In this document: positions 7,315 through 15,860 of the stretch, in pieces | How the letters are laid out: every line of letters starts with the position of its first letter | Numbering within the stretch: position 1 is the first letter of the stretch | From: Candidatus Omnitrophota bacterium | Lineage (GTDB): Bacteria; Omnitrophota; Gorgyraeia; 2-02-FULL-51-18 | DNA length: 38,512 bases | Direction: 5' to 3' | NCBI GenBank assembly: GCA_023247935.1 | Contig: JAHFFM010000001.1 | Span: 19,353-57,864, forward strand | Translations under genes and position numbers: made by a program | The notes under the pieces: model-generated | What the model was told of the DNA's origin: nothing | The model's input: only the letters and a program-made list of their open reading frames with translations | Database searches by the model: none

Positions 7315-8850
7315 CTATTTTTGAGAGGGCTGCGTAAAGGCATACGTGTCCGGTGTCGCGGAAGATTCTTGATAGTTTTCATAGTCCGTGTTGACCCCCC
7401 ACAAATCATGGTGGGCGCCATTCACAAGATTTTCCGCGGCAAAAATTCCCATGAGAATACTGTGATCCTGATTATTGTATTTAAAAGCGCCGTAACGGCC
7501 AATCACGCTCAAATTTTTTATCGAATTCAAGTATTGCTCAATAGGTTTTAAATGTTGTTTGTACCCTCGTTCATAAACCGGGTAACAGCGGCGGATTTTA
7601 TGCACGTGCCCTCGCAGGACTTCAAACTCTTTGGCGTGCCGGACGAAATCATCCACAAATTCCTGTTTGACGATCTCCTCCTTCGACAACTCTTCCTTAT
7701 TTTTGGATAGATAACGCATCGCTCGGAGACCGATGCGCTTGATTTCTCTTTTGGCCATTAAAATGAGCTCTTCCTCGCTTTTAGACCACAAAGCCTCTTG
7801 GTCATAACACCAATACTCCAGCGCCACAATCGTTGTTTTGGCGTTTCCATACAAGGTTGGCACCCAATTTCTAAAATTGGTCACACGTCCCGTTTGTAAT
7901 TCGGGAGAGTGCACGTAAATCCATTGATCCGGGAACAAGTCCGCGGCGTTGATCTCTAGATAAACTAAAATCGTATTTCTAAACTTCAAAGCAGCGGCAT
8001 TGTCTAAAACATTTTTAGGCGCGTCCGAAAGTTGGGAAACCAGCAAAGTGATGGGCATGGAAGAAATAACATGATCAAATAAATGGGTACTCCCGTCTTC
8101 CAATAGAATTCCAATCGCGGATTGATTTTGCGTTAACACCCTGGAAACGGGCGCTTGGCAATGGACTTGCCCGCCTCGGGCGCAAATCGCCTCTTTCATT
8201 CTCTCATACACCATTCCCGTCCCGCCGGTCGGATAAGCAAATTGATCCAAAAGCGTTTTGTGTTTTTTTTGTTTATCCTTAAAAACGGCGTATTTGATCG
8301 CTTCTAAGAGAGAAAGTTTTTTGATTCTTTGTGCCGCGAAATCGGAATCCAGATTCTTACAGGAGATGCCCCACAATTTTTCGCTGTAGGATTTGAAAAA
8401 TATTTCAAAAAGACGCCTGCCGAAACGCGCGACAACCCAGTTTTCAAAGGAACCGTCCTGGCGAATCAGAAAAAGTTTTTGGTAAACGTAACTGGCGACA
8501 CATCGCGCCGCCTCAAATAAACCGAGATTGGTTAGCGCGTTCCAGGCTTTAAAAGGATAGGCATAAAATTTCTTTTGATAAAGGATACGGGTCAGACGGT
8601 TGACGATTTTGTAATCGCGTCCGACAATTTCAAACCATAAGCCATTGACTCTCGCGTCCGTCGAAAAAAAGCGATGCGGACCCAAATCGACTCTCTGCCC
8701 CCACAGCTCGATGGTTTTGGCCAATCCCCCGACACTGGGGCCGGCCTCAAACACCTCCACCGCCACCCCCGCCTTGGCCAATTGATACGCGGCTGTCATC
8801 CCCGCCGGGCCGGCGCCGATAATTGCGACTCTTTTATTTTTATCAATCAT
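7315..8850 (-). CDS. FAD-dependent enzyme, Rossmann (GxGxxG) type; amine-oxidase/PPOX/UDP-galactopyranose-mutase-like superfamily
   Basis: 511 aa. N-terminal dinucleotide fold RVAIIGAGPAGMTAAYQLAKAGVAVEVFEAGPSVGGL. C-terminal VIGRYGAFKYNNQDH resembles the GRLxxYxYxxMD motif I recall at the C-terminus of UDP-galactopyranose mutases. Confidence 0.75.
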   Translation of the reverse strand: MIDKNKRVAIIGAGPAGMTAAYQLAKAGVAVEVFEAGPSVGGLAKTIELWGQRVDLGPHRFFSTDARVNGLWFEIVGRDYKIVNRLTRILYQKKFYAYPFKAWNALTNLGLFEAARCVASYVYQKLFLIRQDGSFENWVVARFGRRLFEIFFKSYSEKLWGISCKNLDSDFAAQRIKKLSLLEAIKYAVFKDKQKKHKTLLDQFAYPTGGTGMVYERMKEAICARGGQVHCQAPVSRVLTQNQSAIGILLEDGSTHLFDHVISSMPITLLVSQLSDAPKNVLDNAAALKFRNTILVYLEINAADLFPDQWIYVHSPELQTGRVTNFRNWVPTLYGNAKTTIVALEYWCYDQEALWSKSEEELILMAKREIKRIGLRAMRYLSKNKEELSKEEIVKQEFVDDFVRHAKEFEVLRGHVHKIRRCYPVYERGYKQHLKPIEQYLNSIKNLSVIGRYGAFKYNNQDHSILMGIFAAENLVNGAHHDLWGVNTDYENYQESSATPDTYAFTQPSQK

Positions 8851-10072
8851 TTGATTCGATCAGTTTTGTAAGAGCGCTGCAAAGCTTTTGATGGCTAAAT
8901 TTTTCCTCTTTCACTTTCAAACTTTTTTCTTCAATTTCTTTTCTTTCCATCGGACTTAATTTTCTCGTTTTTTCAATCACTGCTAAAAGCGTTTGGACAT
9001 CCCCGTGCTCCAGCGGAGCGCCTAGGCCACTTTCTTGAATAAAATCCCCCATGGCGCTTTTTTGAGGGCCGATAAACACAAACGGTCTTCCAACCGATAA
9101 AATCCCGTAAATCTTGCACGGATGGACAATGCCCACAAATTCATCCCCCATCACCGTCACCTGCAGATCCGCCGCCGAAAGAGACTCTGAGAGCTTTTCA
9201 AGCGGTTCGTAGCCCAATTGGATGATATTTTTTAGATTATTTTTCTCTTTGAAGGCCTTGATTTCCTGGACGCGACTGCCGCCGCCGATAAAATAAAACA
9301 AAAGCGTGTTGTCTTCGCGACAACGAAGAGCCGCTTGAAGCACCGTCGCCAGCGGGTGACAGGGGCTGTGATTGCCCGAATACATCACCACAAATTTGTC
9401 GCCGATGGCATGATCCTTTCGAAAACTATTTTGATCGCGATGGACTGGATGCAGTGATTTCTCGTTGGCCCACGGCGGAATCACCACGATTTTATTTCCA
9501 TCAATGCCGTAATTTCTGATGATCCGCTCCTTCATAAAGCGATCCAACGCAACAATCGTCGTACTTTTTTGAAAAGCCCAACGCGAAAAACATTTTAAAA
9601 TCCGCGTCGCCAAAGATTTTTCTTTAAGCCAGCCGGCAGCCATCGCCTCGTCGGGGTTTAGATCCATCACCCAATAAAGGAAGCGTCCCCCTTTGAGCCC
9701 GCAGAACAAATTTCCAAACACAGCGATTAGGGGCGGCGAAGTCAGCCCAATCACCCGGTCTTGCTTTGGAAAAAAGAGCAGTTTTACGCCTAAACAAAAA
9801 TTAAACGAGGCAAAATCAAAAAAACGGGCGGCTTTAGAAGCTTTTCCGAGCGATAAATAAGAAATGCGGTGGATTTTGATTCCTTGATACTCTTCATAAG
9901 GCTTAAAACGCTTGGAAAAGTCATCATACCCATGACGGCCTGTCATCACCGACACCTCATGGCCGTTTCGCACAAGCTCCAACGCCAAATCAGTCAGGTA
10001 TTGGCCTGTCGCGACAACATCAGGATAAAACGCCTGATTCATCAGCAATATTTTTAGTTTTTTCTCTTTCAT
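8843..10072 (-). CDS. GT-B glycosyltransferase, family GT4 (WcaI/WbuB-like)
   Basis: 409 aa. N-terminus KILLMNQAFYPDVVATGQYLTDLALELVRNGHEVSVMTG is typical of the WcaI-like GT4 subgroup; C-terminal GT-B half is present. 8-nt overlap with the downstream gene. Confidence 0.8.
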   Translation of the reverse strand: MKEKKLKILLMNQAFYPDVVATGQYLTDLALELVRNGHEVSVMTGRHGYDDFSKRFKPYEEYQGIKIHRISYLSLGKASKAARFFDFASFNFCLGVKLLFFPKQDRVIGLTSPPLIAVFGNLFCGLKGGRFLYWVMDLNPDEAMAAGWLKEKSLATRILKCFSRWAFQKSTTIVALDRFMKERIIRNYGIDGNKIVVIPPWANEKSLHPVHRDQNSFRKDHAIGDKFVVMYSGNHSPCHPLATVLQAALRCREDNTLLFYFIGGGSRVQEIKAFKEKNNLKNIIQLGYEPLEKLSESLSAADLQVTVMGDEFVGIVHPCKIYGILSVGRPFVFIGPQKSAMGDFIQESGLGAPLEHGDVQTLLAVIEKTRKLSPMERKEIEEKSLKVKEEKFSHQKLCSALTKLIESND

Positions 10073-10079
10073 TTTAAAA

Positions 10080-11108
10080 TCAGGAAAGCCTCTTGATCCA
10101 TTTTAAAAGTCCCTGGTGAAGCGCTTTTCGATGACTGGTTCCATAAGGCGCTTTCGCTTGCGCATTTTCCAAATAATCGTTATAGGCGGTGATTAAAATT
10201 TCCTGATTGCCGCTCTTCGGTTCCCACCCCAGCGCTTGCTTGGCTTTGGCGTTGTCAAAATAAAAATCTTTGTGATACGTCAAATAATGCCAAGAAGCCA
10301 GCGGCGACAGGCGAAAAAAATCCAGCGTACTGAGTAGCGCGATACAGGGCGCTACCGGCAATGAAAGAATTTTTGAACGAGTGCCGGCATGACGGATCAA
10401 AGCCCCCAAATCTTCACGCAAAGAAGCAAATGTCCGGCTTCCGACATTGTAACTGCCTGAGGAAGTGTTTAAGGAAGCCAGGTAACAAACCGAGGCCAAG
10501 TCTTCGGAACTTAAAAATTGAATTTTGTTTTTCCCCGAACCCAAAATATAAATATTTTTTCCTTCAGAAATCCAGTCAAATAAAATACTGAAAATACCCA
10601 GACGCCCCGCCCCAATCACTGTTCGCGGCCGCATCACATCAATCCTCAGGCCTTTGGCGGAATACTCGGCGCAAACGTCTTCAGCTGCTTTCTTTGTTCG
10701 CGCGTACAAACCGACGGGATGGTAGGGCGCGTCCTCGGCCACGGGATTGCGTTTGGACATCTGAACGGCACTGGAAGAAATATGCACCACCTTGGAAACG
10801 CCGTTTCTTTTAGCGGCCTCCAAAACATGACGCGTTCCCTCAACATTCACTTCCCAAAAACCTTTACCGGCTTTGCTGATAGGCACCTTAGCGGCGGTAT
10901 GTATGATTTTATCGACACTGCGAGTAGCGGCCTCCACCTGTCGCAAATCGCGGATATCCGCGCGGATAAACTCTACCCCTGGAATGGGCTGTGGCAAACC
11001 CTCAATATCCAACACTTTAACGGTCTCGCCCTTATTCTGGAGAAATTTTACGATCTCAAATCCGCAAAACCCCGACCCACCGGTCACCAAATAAACGCTA
11101 GCAGGCAT
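10080..11108 (-). CDS. Extended-SDR NAD(P)-dependent sugar epimerase/dehydratase/reductase
   Basis: 342 aa. VYLVTGGSGFCGFEIVKFL glycine-rich loop and catalytic YARTK (YxxxK). 11-nt overlap with the upstream GT-C gene. Confidence 0.8.
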   Translation of the reverse strand: MPASVYLVTGGSGFCGFEIVKFLQNKGETVKVLDIEGLPQPIPGVEFIRADIRDLRQVEAATRSVDKIIHTAAKVPISKAGKGFWEVNVEGTRHVLEAAKRNGVSKVVHISSSAVQMSKRNPVAEDAPYHPVGLYARTKKAAEDVCAEYSAKGLRIDVMRPRTVIGAGRLGIFSILFDWISEGKNIYILGSGKNKIQFLSSEDLASVCYLASLNTSSGSYNVGSRTFASLREDLGALIRHAGTRSKILSLPVAPCIALLSTLDFFRLSPLASWHYLTYHKDFYFDNAKAKQALGWEPKSGNQEILITAYNDYLENAQAKAPYGTSHRKALHQGLLKWIKRLS

Positions 11109-12942
11109 AGCGAACGATTTTCTCCGATTCGTATAGCGCTAGCCAGGCGGGGTCTAAAGGACGGGTTCGCTTTTCTTCAAAACCGTCTTCTTTTAATGTC
11201 CGGCGAAATCTCTCCGAGACATCCCGGCGAATAAAAAATCCGATTTGATACGAATCCCGGCTGTTCTTTAAATTGGGGTCACGAACAAAAAATAAATCAT
11301 AACGTTTCGTCACTTCGCGCATATCGCCAAGCAAGTTTCCCTGGTTACGGCTCAAATGATGAAATAAAAGCTTTTTCTCCGCCACGTCAAAACCGTCTTC
11401 AGCTCTGATTCCGGCCACGGTCATCCAAAAAGGCCAATACACTTCCGGAGACTGCGAAAGAAAATAATCAGGATTGCTACGACCCTTATCCCCGTTACAA
11501 AACTTGGACTCGGCTATTTCGCGGGTACTATAGCCCCACAAATCGATCACAAAACGATCGGAGCCAAAGCCGAAAGAATTCATTTCTGTCGTTGAAAAAC
11601 GAAAGTCTTTGGGAGCGAGCCGGTCCAGAAAAGATCCGGACTTTAACGCGCAAGAGCGATTGACCCACTCCGTTCTGGAGAAAAGAAGGACGTCTTTTTC
11701 ATAGAAAAAGAGCCCCGTAAAAAATAGAAACAAAAATAAAGTAAAGCTCGCCCTTGGAAAGTCTTTTTTAGAGGGGTGCGCGATCCCCTCGGCGTCCGCA
11801 TGGGACACAACAAGCAGTGTCAACAACGCCAGAGCCGCCAAAAACGCGACCCAGTACCGGCATTCCCGGTTAAATAAAAATTTACCTACAATACTGAAAG
11901 AGACAGTAAAAAAAAGCCAGTGCGTCGATAAAAGTAGTGTGTAAATAAACACGGTTTTGGTGGATGGGTGGATTCTCTCGTCTTTCCAAAAAAAGATCAG
12001 AAAAGTTGCCGCCGCGAAACCCAAAATCATCATCGGCTGATTCAACCAGAAAAATAGGCTCGAGACAAACTCTCTAAAGCTAAACATATTCAGCATGACG
12101 GGTTTAATGAGTTTGAATAATAAAGGTGTCGGGATCCAAACTCCGTACATTATTTTATAAATAGAAAAATAAAGGCACAGAGCCGCCGCCGGAAAAATAA
12201 ACGCGACGGCCACATCCACAAAACGAATCGACTCGCGTCGACGGATTCTTCCAAATAAAAGCACGACCGAATGCGTCAATGAAAGAAGCAGTCCTTCCGG
12301 ACGGATCAAGGGCAGGCACCCGCTGACCACCAGAGACGAAAATTCCTTTTTCTCCGCCACGGCAAGACTAATCGCCAGAAAAAAGACCAAAGACAGGAGT
12401 ACATTTCCAAATCCGTTTGAAAAAATCATGACCAAGGGAAACATCATCGCCAGACAAGATAAAAGAAGGGTGTTTTTACGCGACAGCGTCTTAAACCAGA
12501 AAAACCACGCGCACACCAAATGAAGCCAGCCGAAAAACAACCCGATCAAATAATTCCCCAAAATAAGCACCGGAATCGAAACAGCAAAAGGCAGGTGCAG
12601 CAAATAATAAATCATTTCCACCGTCCCTCCCTGCATCTGGGAAGGTGACATGGAAAAAAATCCATGATGAAATAAATTGTACGGATGCTCGAGATTGATC
12701 ATCACCTCATCAATCGCGCCATACGTGTTGGTATAAACTCCGATAAAAATAAGGGAGGGCCAAAAAAGCGTCGCTAATGAGAATTTTGAAAGAGCGGGTT
12801 CCGCCTGACGCAAGATAAGGATTGCGACGGCAACAGAAGCAAAAATCCAGAGGGCTAATCCGAGCCAAACCGAGGGAATGAGTGTGAAAGGATTCCCCGG
12901 TAAAAAGTTTTGCACCGGCCCTGTGTATTCAAATAGCTGCAT
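11098..12942 (-). CDS. GT-C-like polytopic membrane protein with conserved C-terminal soluble domain (paralogue A of tandem pair)
   Basis: 614 aa with more than 10 hydrophobic helices. Acidic first-loop motif YGAIDEVMINLEHPYNLFHHG. Blocks shared with the neighbouring paralogue: GGTVEMIYYLLH, LPLIRPEG, WIPTPLLFK, STEMNSFGFGSDRFVIDLWGYSTREIA, NPDYFLSQSPEVYW, QIGFFIRRDVSER, and the terminal YAC. Confidence 0.6.
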   Translation of the reverse strand: MQLFEYTGPVQNFLPGNPFTLIPSVWLGLALWIFASVAVAILILRQAEPALSKFSLATLFWPSLIFIGVYTNTYGAIDEVMINLEHPYNLFHHGFFSMSPSQMQGGTVEMIYYLLHLPFAVSIPVLILGNYLIGLFFGWLHLVCAWFFWFKTLSRKNTLLLSCLAMMFPLVMIFSNGFGNVLLSLVFFLAISLAVAEKKEFSSLVVSGCLPLIRPEGLLLSLTHSVVLLFGRIRRRESIRFVDVAVAFIFPAAALCLYFSIYKIMYGVWIPTPLLFKLIKPVMLNMFSFREFVSSLFFWLNQPMMILGFAAATFLIFFWKDERIHPSTKTVFIYTLLLSTHWLFFTVSFSIVGKFLFNRECRYWVAFLAALALLTLLVVSHADAEGIAHPSKKDFPRASFTLFLFLFFTGLFFYEKDVLLFSRTEWVNRSCALKSGSFLDRLAPKDFRFSTTEMNSFGFGSDRFVIDLWGYSTREIAESKFCNGDKGRSNPDYFLSQSPEVYWPFWMTVAGIRAEDGFDVAEKKLLFHHLSRNQGNLLGDMREVTKRYDLFFVRDPNLKNSRDSYQIGFFIRRDVSERFRRTLKEDGFEEKRTRPLDPAWLALYESEKIVRYAC

Positions 12943-12973
12943 ATTTTAAACAGTCACTCCGTGGTAGGTATTT

Positions 12974-14824
12974 TCAACAGGCGTATTGACAAATTTTCTG
13001 CTCACGATAGGACTTTATCCAATCCTCGCCAACATCCCGGGAGCGCTTAAAAGCAAACCCTTCCACTTTCAAGCGTTGATCTAATCGCTCGGACACATCT
13101 TTTCGAATCAAAAATCCTATTTGAGACGGAGATTTTGTTTTTTCCGATCGCGAGTCACGAAGAATAAAGCAATCGTATTTCTCCATGACTTTCTCCATGT
13201 CTCCAAGAAAATTGCCCTGATCCTTGTTTGTGAGATCAACCGTCAGCAATTCACGATCCGATTCAATGCCGTCGGAATTTTTGAGCCCATGAACCGTGAC
13301 CCAGTACATCCAGTAGAGCTCCGGAGATTGCTCCAAAAAATAATTAGGATTTGTCCGGACTCTCATGCCGTTACAAATCCTGGAGTTAGCGATGTCTCTG
13401 TTGGAATAGCCCCAAAGATCTATCACAAAGCGGTCTGAGCCCAAACCGTAAAAATTCATTTCGGTGGACGAAAACTCAAAATCATCCGGCATCACACGAT
13501 CCGAAAATAATCCAACTTTAATGGCGTAGTCGCGGTTGAGACCTAAATCATTTTTATAATTTTTGGATGCTCCCTCAAATCCATGCATCAATGCTGACAA
13601 ATATAACATGCAAAAAATAAAAAAGCTTGGTCTTAGAACAATCGAATGAAATTTATCCGCCACCACAACTTCTTCCATGCTAGAAACAAAAACAAGACTA
13701 AACAAAGTCAGTGTCACCAGAAACGGCAGGCCATGACGCATCTCGCTGACTCCCCCCAAATAAGGCAATAAGGTGGCGCCAGCCATAAAAAAACTGAATT
13801 GAACGGCTAATAACAAAACACAAACCCAAAGCATCCTGATCTCAAGATTAAATTGTTTGTTTTTTTTCAACAGTAAGATGAAAAAAGCGATCGCGAGCGC
13901 TACACCCATCATCATGGACGGTTGGCTCAATAAAGCCAGCATCTGGTAAACAAAAAAGGCGGGGTTAAATTCTTTCAGCATGCTAAGTTTTACTGACTTA
14001 AACAGGACGGGGGTCGGTATCCAATGCCCATAAAAAAACTGATGCCCTGCTAGATAAACAAATAAAGAAAGGCATGGAGCGCAAAACCCTATCATCGTGT
14101 CGCCGATTCCTACGGCCTTCTTTGAAGTCTTTCTGTGGAATACAAAAGCGATGAAATTGATGACGGATAAATAAATCCCCTCGGGACGGATCAGCGGCAG
14201 AAGCGCGCCCAAGCCTAAGGACACGCGTTCGCGACGAGCCTTTAAAAAACTCAACGATAAAATGAAGGCCAGGGAAATCAAAACATTTCCGAAGCCATCA
14301 GAGAAAATGACGGCGATGGGCACCGTCAAAGCGAAGCAGGACAAAAGAAGCGTATTTTTATGAGAGTTTTCCGGTAGCCAAAACTTCCAAATACAAAAAA
14401 TATGAAGCCAGCCAAAAAGCATCCCCAAAATATAATTGGCTAGAAGAAGCCTCCGCAAATCTCCCGCGAAAGGTGTGTGCAAAAGATAATAAATAATTTC
14501 CACGGTTCCCCCGATCATTTTATGGGGAGACATCGAAAATAATCCGTGGTGAAACAGATTGTATGAATGTTCTAAATTAACCGCGACCTCGTCGTTCAGG
14601 CCGTAAGTATTCATATAAAGCCCAAAAAATATCAAGGACGGCCACAGAAGAGTCTTAAAGGAAGGTTTGGTAGAAATCTCCTCTTTTTTGGAACAAATCA
14701 CTATAAAAACGGCCAGTCCTGATAAAACCCAAAGCAACAAACCCAGGCGATAGGACGGAATGAGCTTAAAAAAGCTCTCAAAGCCAAATTCACGAATCAA
14801 GCCTTCATATTCCAATATCCTCAT
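12974..14824 (-). CDS. GT-C-like polytopic membrane protein with conserved C-terminal soluble domain (paralogue B of tandem pair)
   Basis: 617 aa from ATG 14822-14824 (MRILEYEGLIREF...). This start aligns with the MQLFEYTGPVQNF start of paralogue A and avoids overlap with the upstream SDR gene (stop at 14829-14831). Shows the same conserved blocks and the terminal YAC. Confidence 0.6.
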   Translation of the reverse strand: MRILEYEGLIREFGFESFFKLIPSYRLGLLLWVLSGLAVFIVICSKKEEISTKPSFKTLLWPSLIFFGLYMNTYGLNDEVAVNLEHSYNLFHHGLFSMSPHKMIGGTVEIIYYLLHTPFAGDLRRLLLANYILGMLFGWLHIFCIWKFWLPENSHKNTLLLSCFALTVPIAVIFSDGFGNVLISLAFILSLSFLKARRERVSLGLGALLPLIRPEGIYLSVINFIAFVFHRKTSKKAVGIGDTMIGFCAPCLSLFVYLAGHQFFYGHWIPTPVLFKSVKLSMLKEFNPAFFVYQMLALLSQPSMMMGVALAIAFFILLLKKNKQFNLEIRMLWVCVLLLAVQFSFFMAGATLLPYLGGVSEMRHGLPFLVTLTLFSLVFVSSMEEVVVADKFHSIVLRPSFFIFCMLYLSALMHGFEGASKNYKNDLGLNRDYAIKVGLFSDRVMPDDFEFSSTEMNFYGLGSDRFVIDLWGYSNRDIANSRICNGMRVRTNPNYFLEQSPELYWMYWVTVHGLKNSDGIESDRELLTVDLTNKDQGNFLGDMEKVMEKYDCFILRDSRSEKTKSPSQIGFLIRKDVSERLDQRLKVEGFAFKRSRDVGEDWIKSYREQKICQYAC

Positions 14825-14828
14825 AAGC

Positions 14829-15848
14829 TTAAATAGGGACTCCGTTTTTGCGGCACCACTCAATAGAGCGGCGCATCCCCTCTTTGAGCGAAACTTCTGG
14901 ATGATAACCCAGCTCCGCTTGAGCTTTGGCAATAGAACACGCGATGGACTTATTCATTTCTCCGGCCACGTGGATTTCTTTGATATAAAAACCCGTCAAC
15001 TGAATCAACCAATCGGCCGCCACGCACGACTCGGAGACTAGGTCTGGCAAGTAACGAGGTTTGAAATTTTTTACTTCCAAGAGATCCGCCACCGTGCGGT
15101 AAATTTGATTGGAGGTGTAGGGTTTTTCATCGGCGATCCAGTAGGTCTGTCCGACAGCGGACGGATGTGTCGCCGCCAGGAGCATCGCCTGGCACGTGTT
15201 GTCCAAATAGCTCATGCTTCTCAGGGCTCCTCCGTCTCCAAAAATAATCGGATTGCCCTTCTTGATCATTTTGAAAAATGTTGTTTGCCGGAGCGGTTGA
15301 TTCGGCCCGTAATACCAGCACGGCCTTAAAATAACCGTTTGGATTTTTCCGGATTGATAAAAATCATTCACGGTGACTTCCGCGTTCCATTTACTCTTTC
15401 CGTAATTAAAATAAGGATGAGGCTCGTCCGTTTCTTTCATGAGAATATCCGGGCTGGGATTCACACCGGCAACAGAATTACTGCTGATATAAACAAACCG
15501 CTTCACACCACTTTTAACGGAGGCCTCCAGCATATGACGAGTGCCTATTTCATTCACCTGATACAGCTCCGCTATCTTTTTCGGGTGAATAATTCCCACC
15601 GCGTGAAAGACCACGTCCACGTCTTGAGCCGCTTTTACGAGCGTTTCAGGTCTTGTGACATCGCCTTCGACAAATTCCACTTGCCCGGCGGAAACCTGGC
15701 TCCGCAGATCGGATAGATTAGTTCCGGGCAAAACCAAACAGCGAATTTTCCAATCATTCACAGGCCCTGCCCCATTAAAACCGCCTGACAAAATATCCAA
15801 AAATCGATTTCCAAGCCATCCGGGGACGCCTGTTATCAACGCTCTCAT
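14829..15848 (-). CDS. Extended-SDR NAD(P)-dependent epimerase/dehydratase/reductase
   Basis: 339 aa. ALITGVPGWLGNRF glycine-rich loop, YISSNSV and YGKSK (YxxxK). Confidence 0.8.
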   Translation of the reverse strand: MRALITGVPGWLGNRFLDILSGGFNGAGPVNDWKIRCLVLPGTNLSDLRSQVSAGQVEFVEGDVTRPETLVKAAQDVDVVFHAVGIIHPKKIAELYQVNEIGTRHMLEASVKSGVKRFVYISSNSVAGVNPSPDILMKETDEPHPYFNYGKSKWNAEVTVNDFYQSGKIQTVILRPCWYYGPNQPLRQTTFFKMIKKGNPIIFGDGGALRSMSYLDNTCQAMLLAATHPSAVGQTYWIADEKPYTSNQIYRTVADLLEVKNFKPRYLPDLVSESCVAADWLIQLTGFYIKEIHVAGEMNKSIACSIAKAQAELGYHPEVSLKEGMRRSIEWCRKNGVPI

Positions 15849-15860
15849 AACGCTCCTGAA

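Noticed and set aside
7293-7421. N-terminal 43 aa of the track ORF 5706-7421
   Set aside because: It would overlap the flavoenzyme gene (stop at 7315) by 107 nt and is hydrophilic junk (MAPTMICGGSTRTMKTIKNLPRHRTR...). The ATG at 7292 starts directly at the first TM helix.
7315-8850. Naming the flavoenzyme specifically as DprE1, Glf (UDP-galactopyranose mutase) or protoporphyrinogen oxidase
   Set aside because: The N-terminal GxGxxG Rossmann fold excludes the VAO-type DprE1 fold. At 511 aa it is longer than typical Glf. Only the C-terminal GR..Y.Y motif hints at a mutase-like relationship. I kept a superfamily-level call.
10719-11234. 171-aa plus-strand ORF, along with other long antisense ORFs such as 23248-23703 (151 aa), 35245-35682 (145 aa), 28443-28853 (136 aa) and 15339-15716 (125 aa)
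   Set aside because: Each lies entirely antisense to a minus-strand ORF that has clear family motifs. Their translations are low-complexity and Arg/His/Pro/Phe-rich with no recognisable domain. They look like shadow ORFs of the real genes.
14825-14932. N-terminal 36 aa of the track ORF 12974-14932
   Set aside because: It overlaps the upstream SDR gene. The paralogue alignment (MRILEYEG against MQLFEYTG) supports the ATG at 14824.
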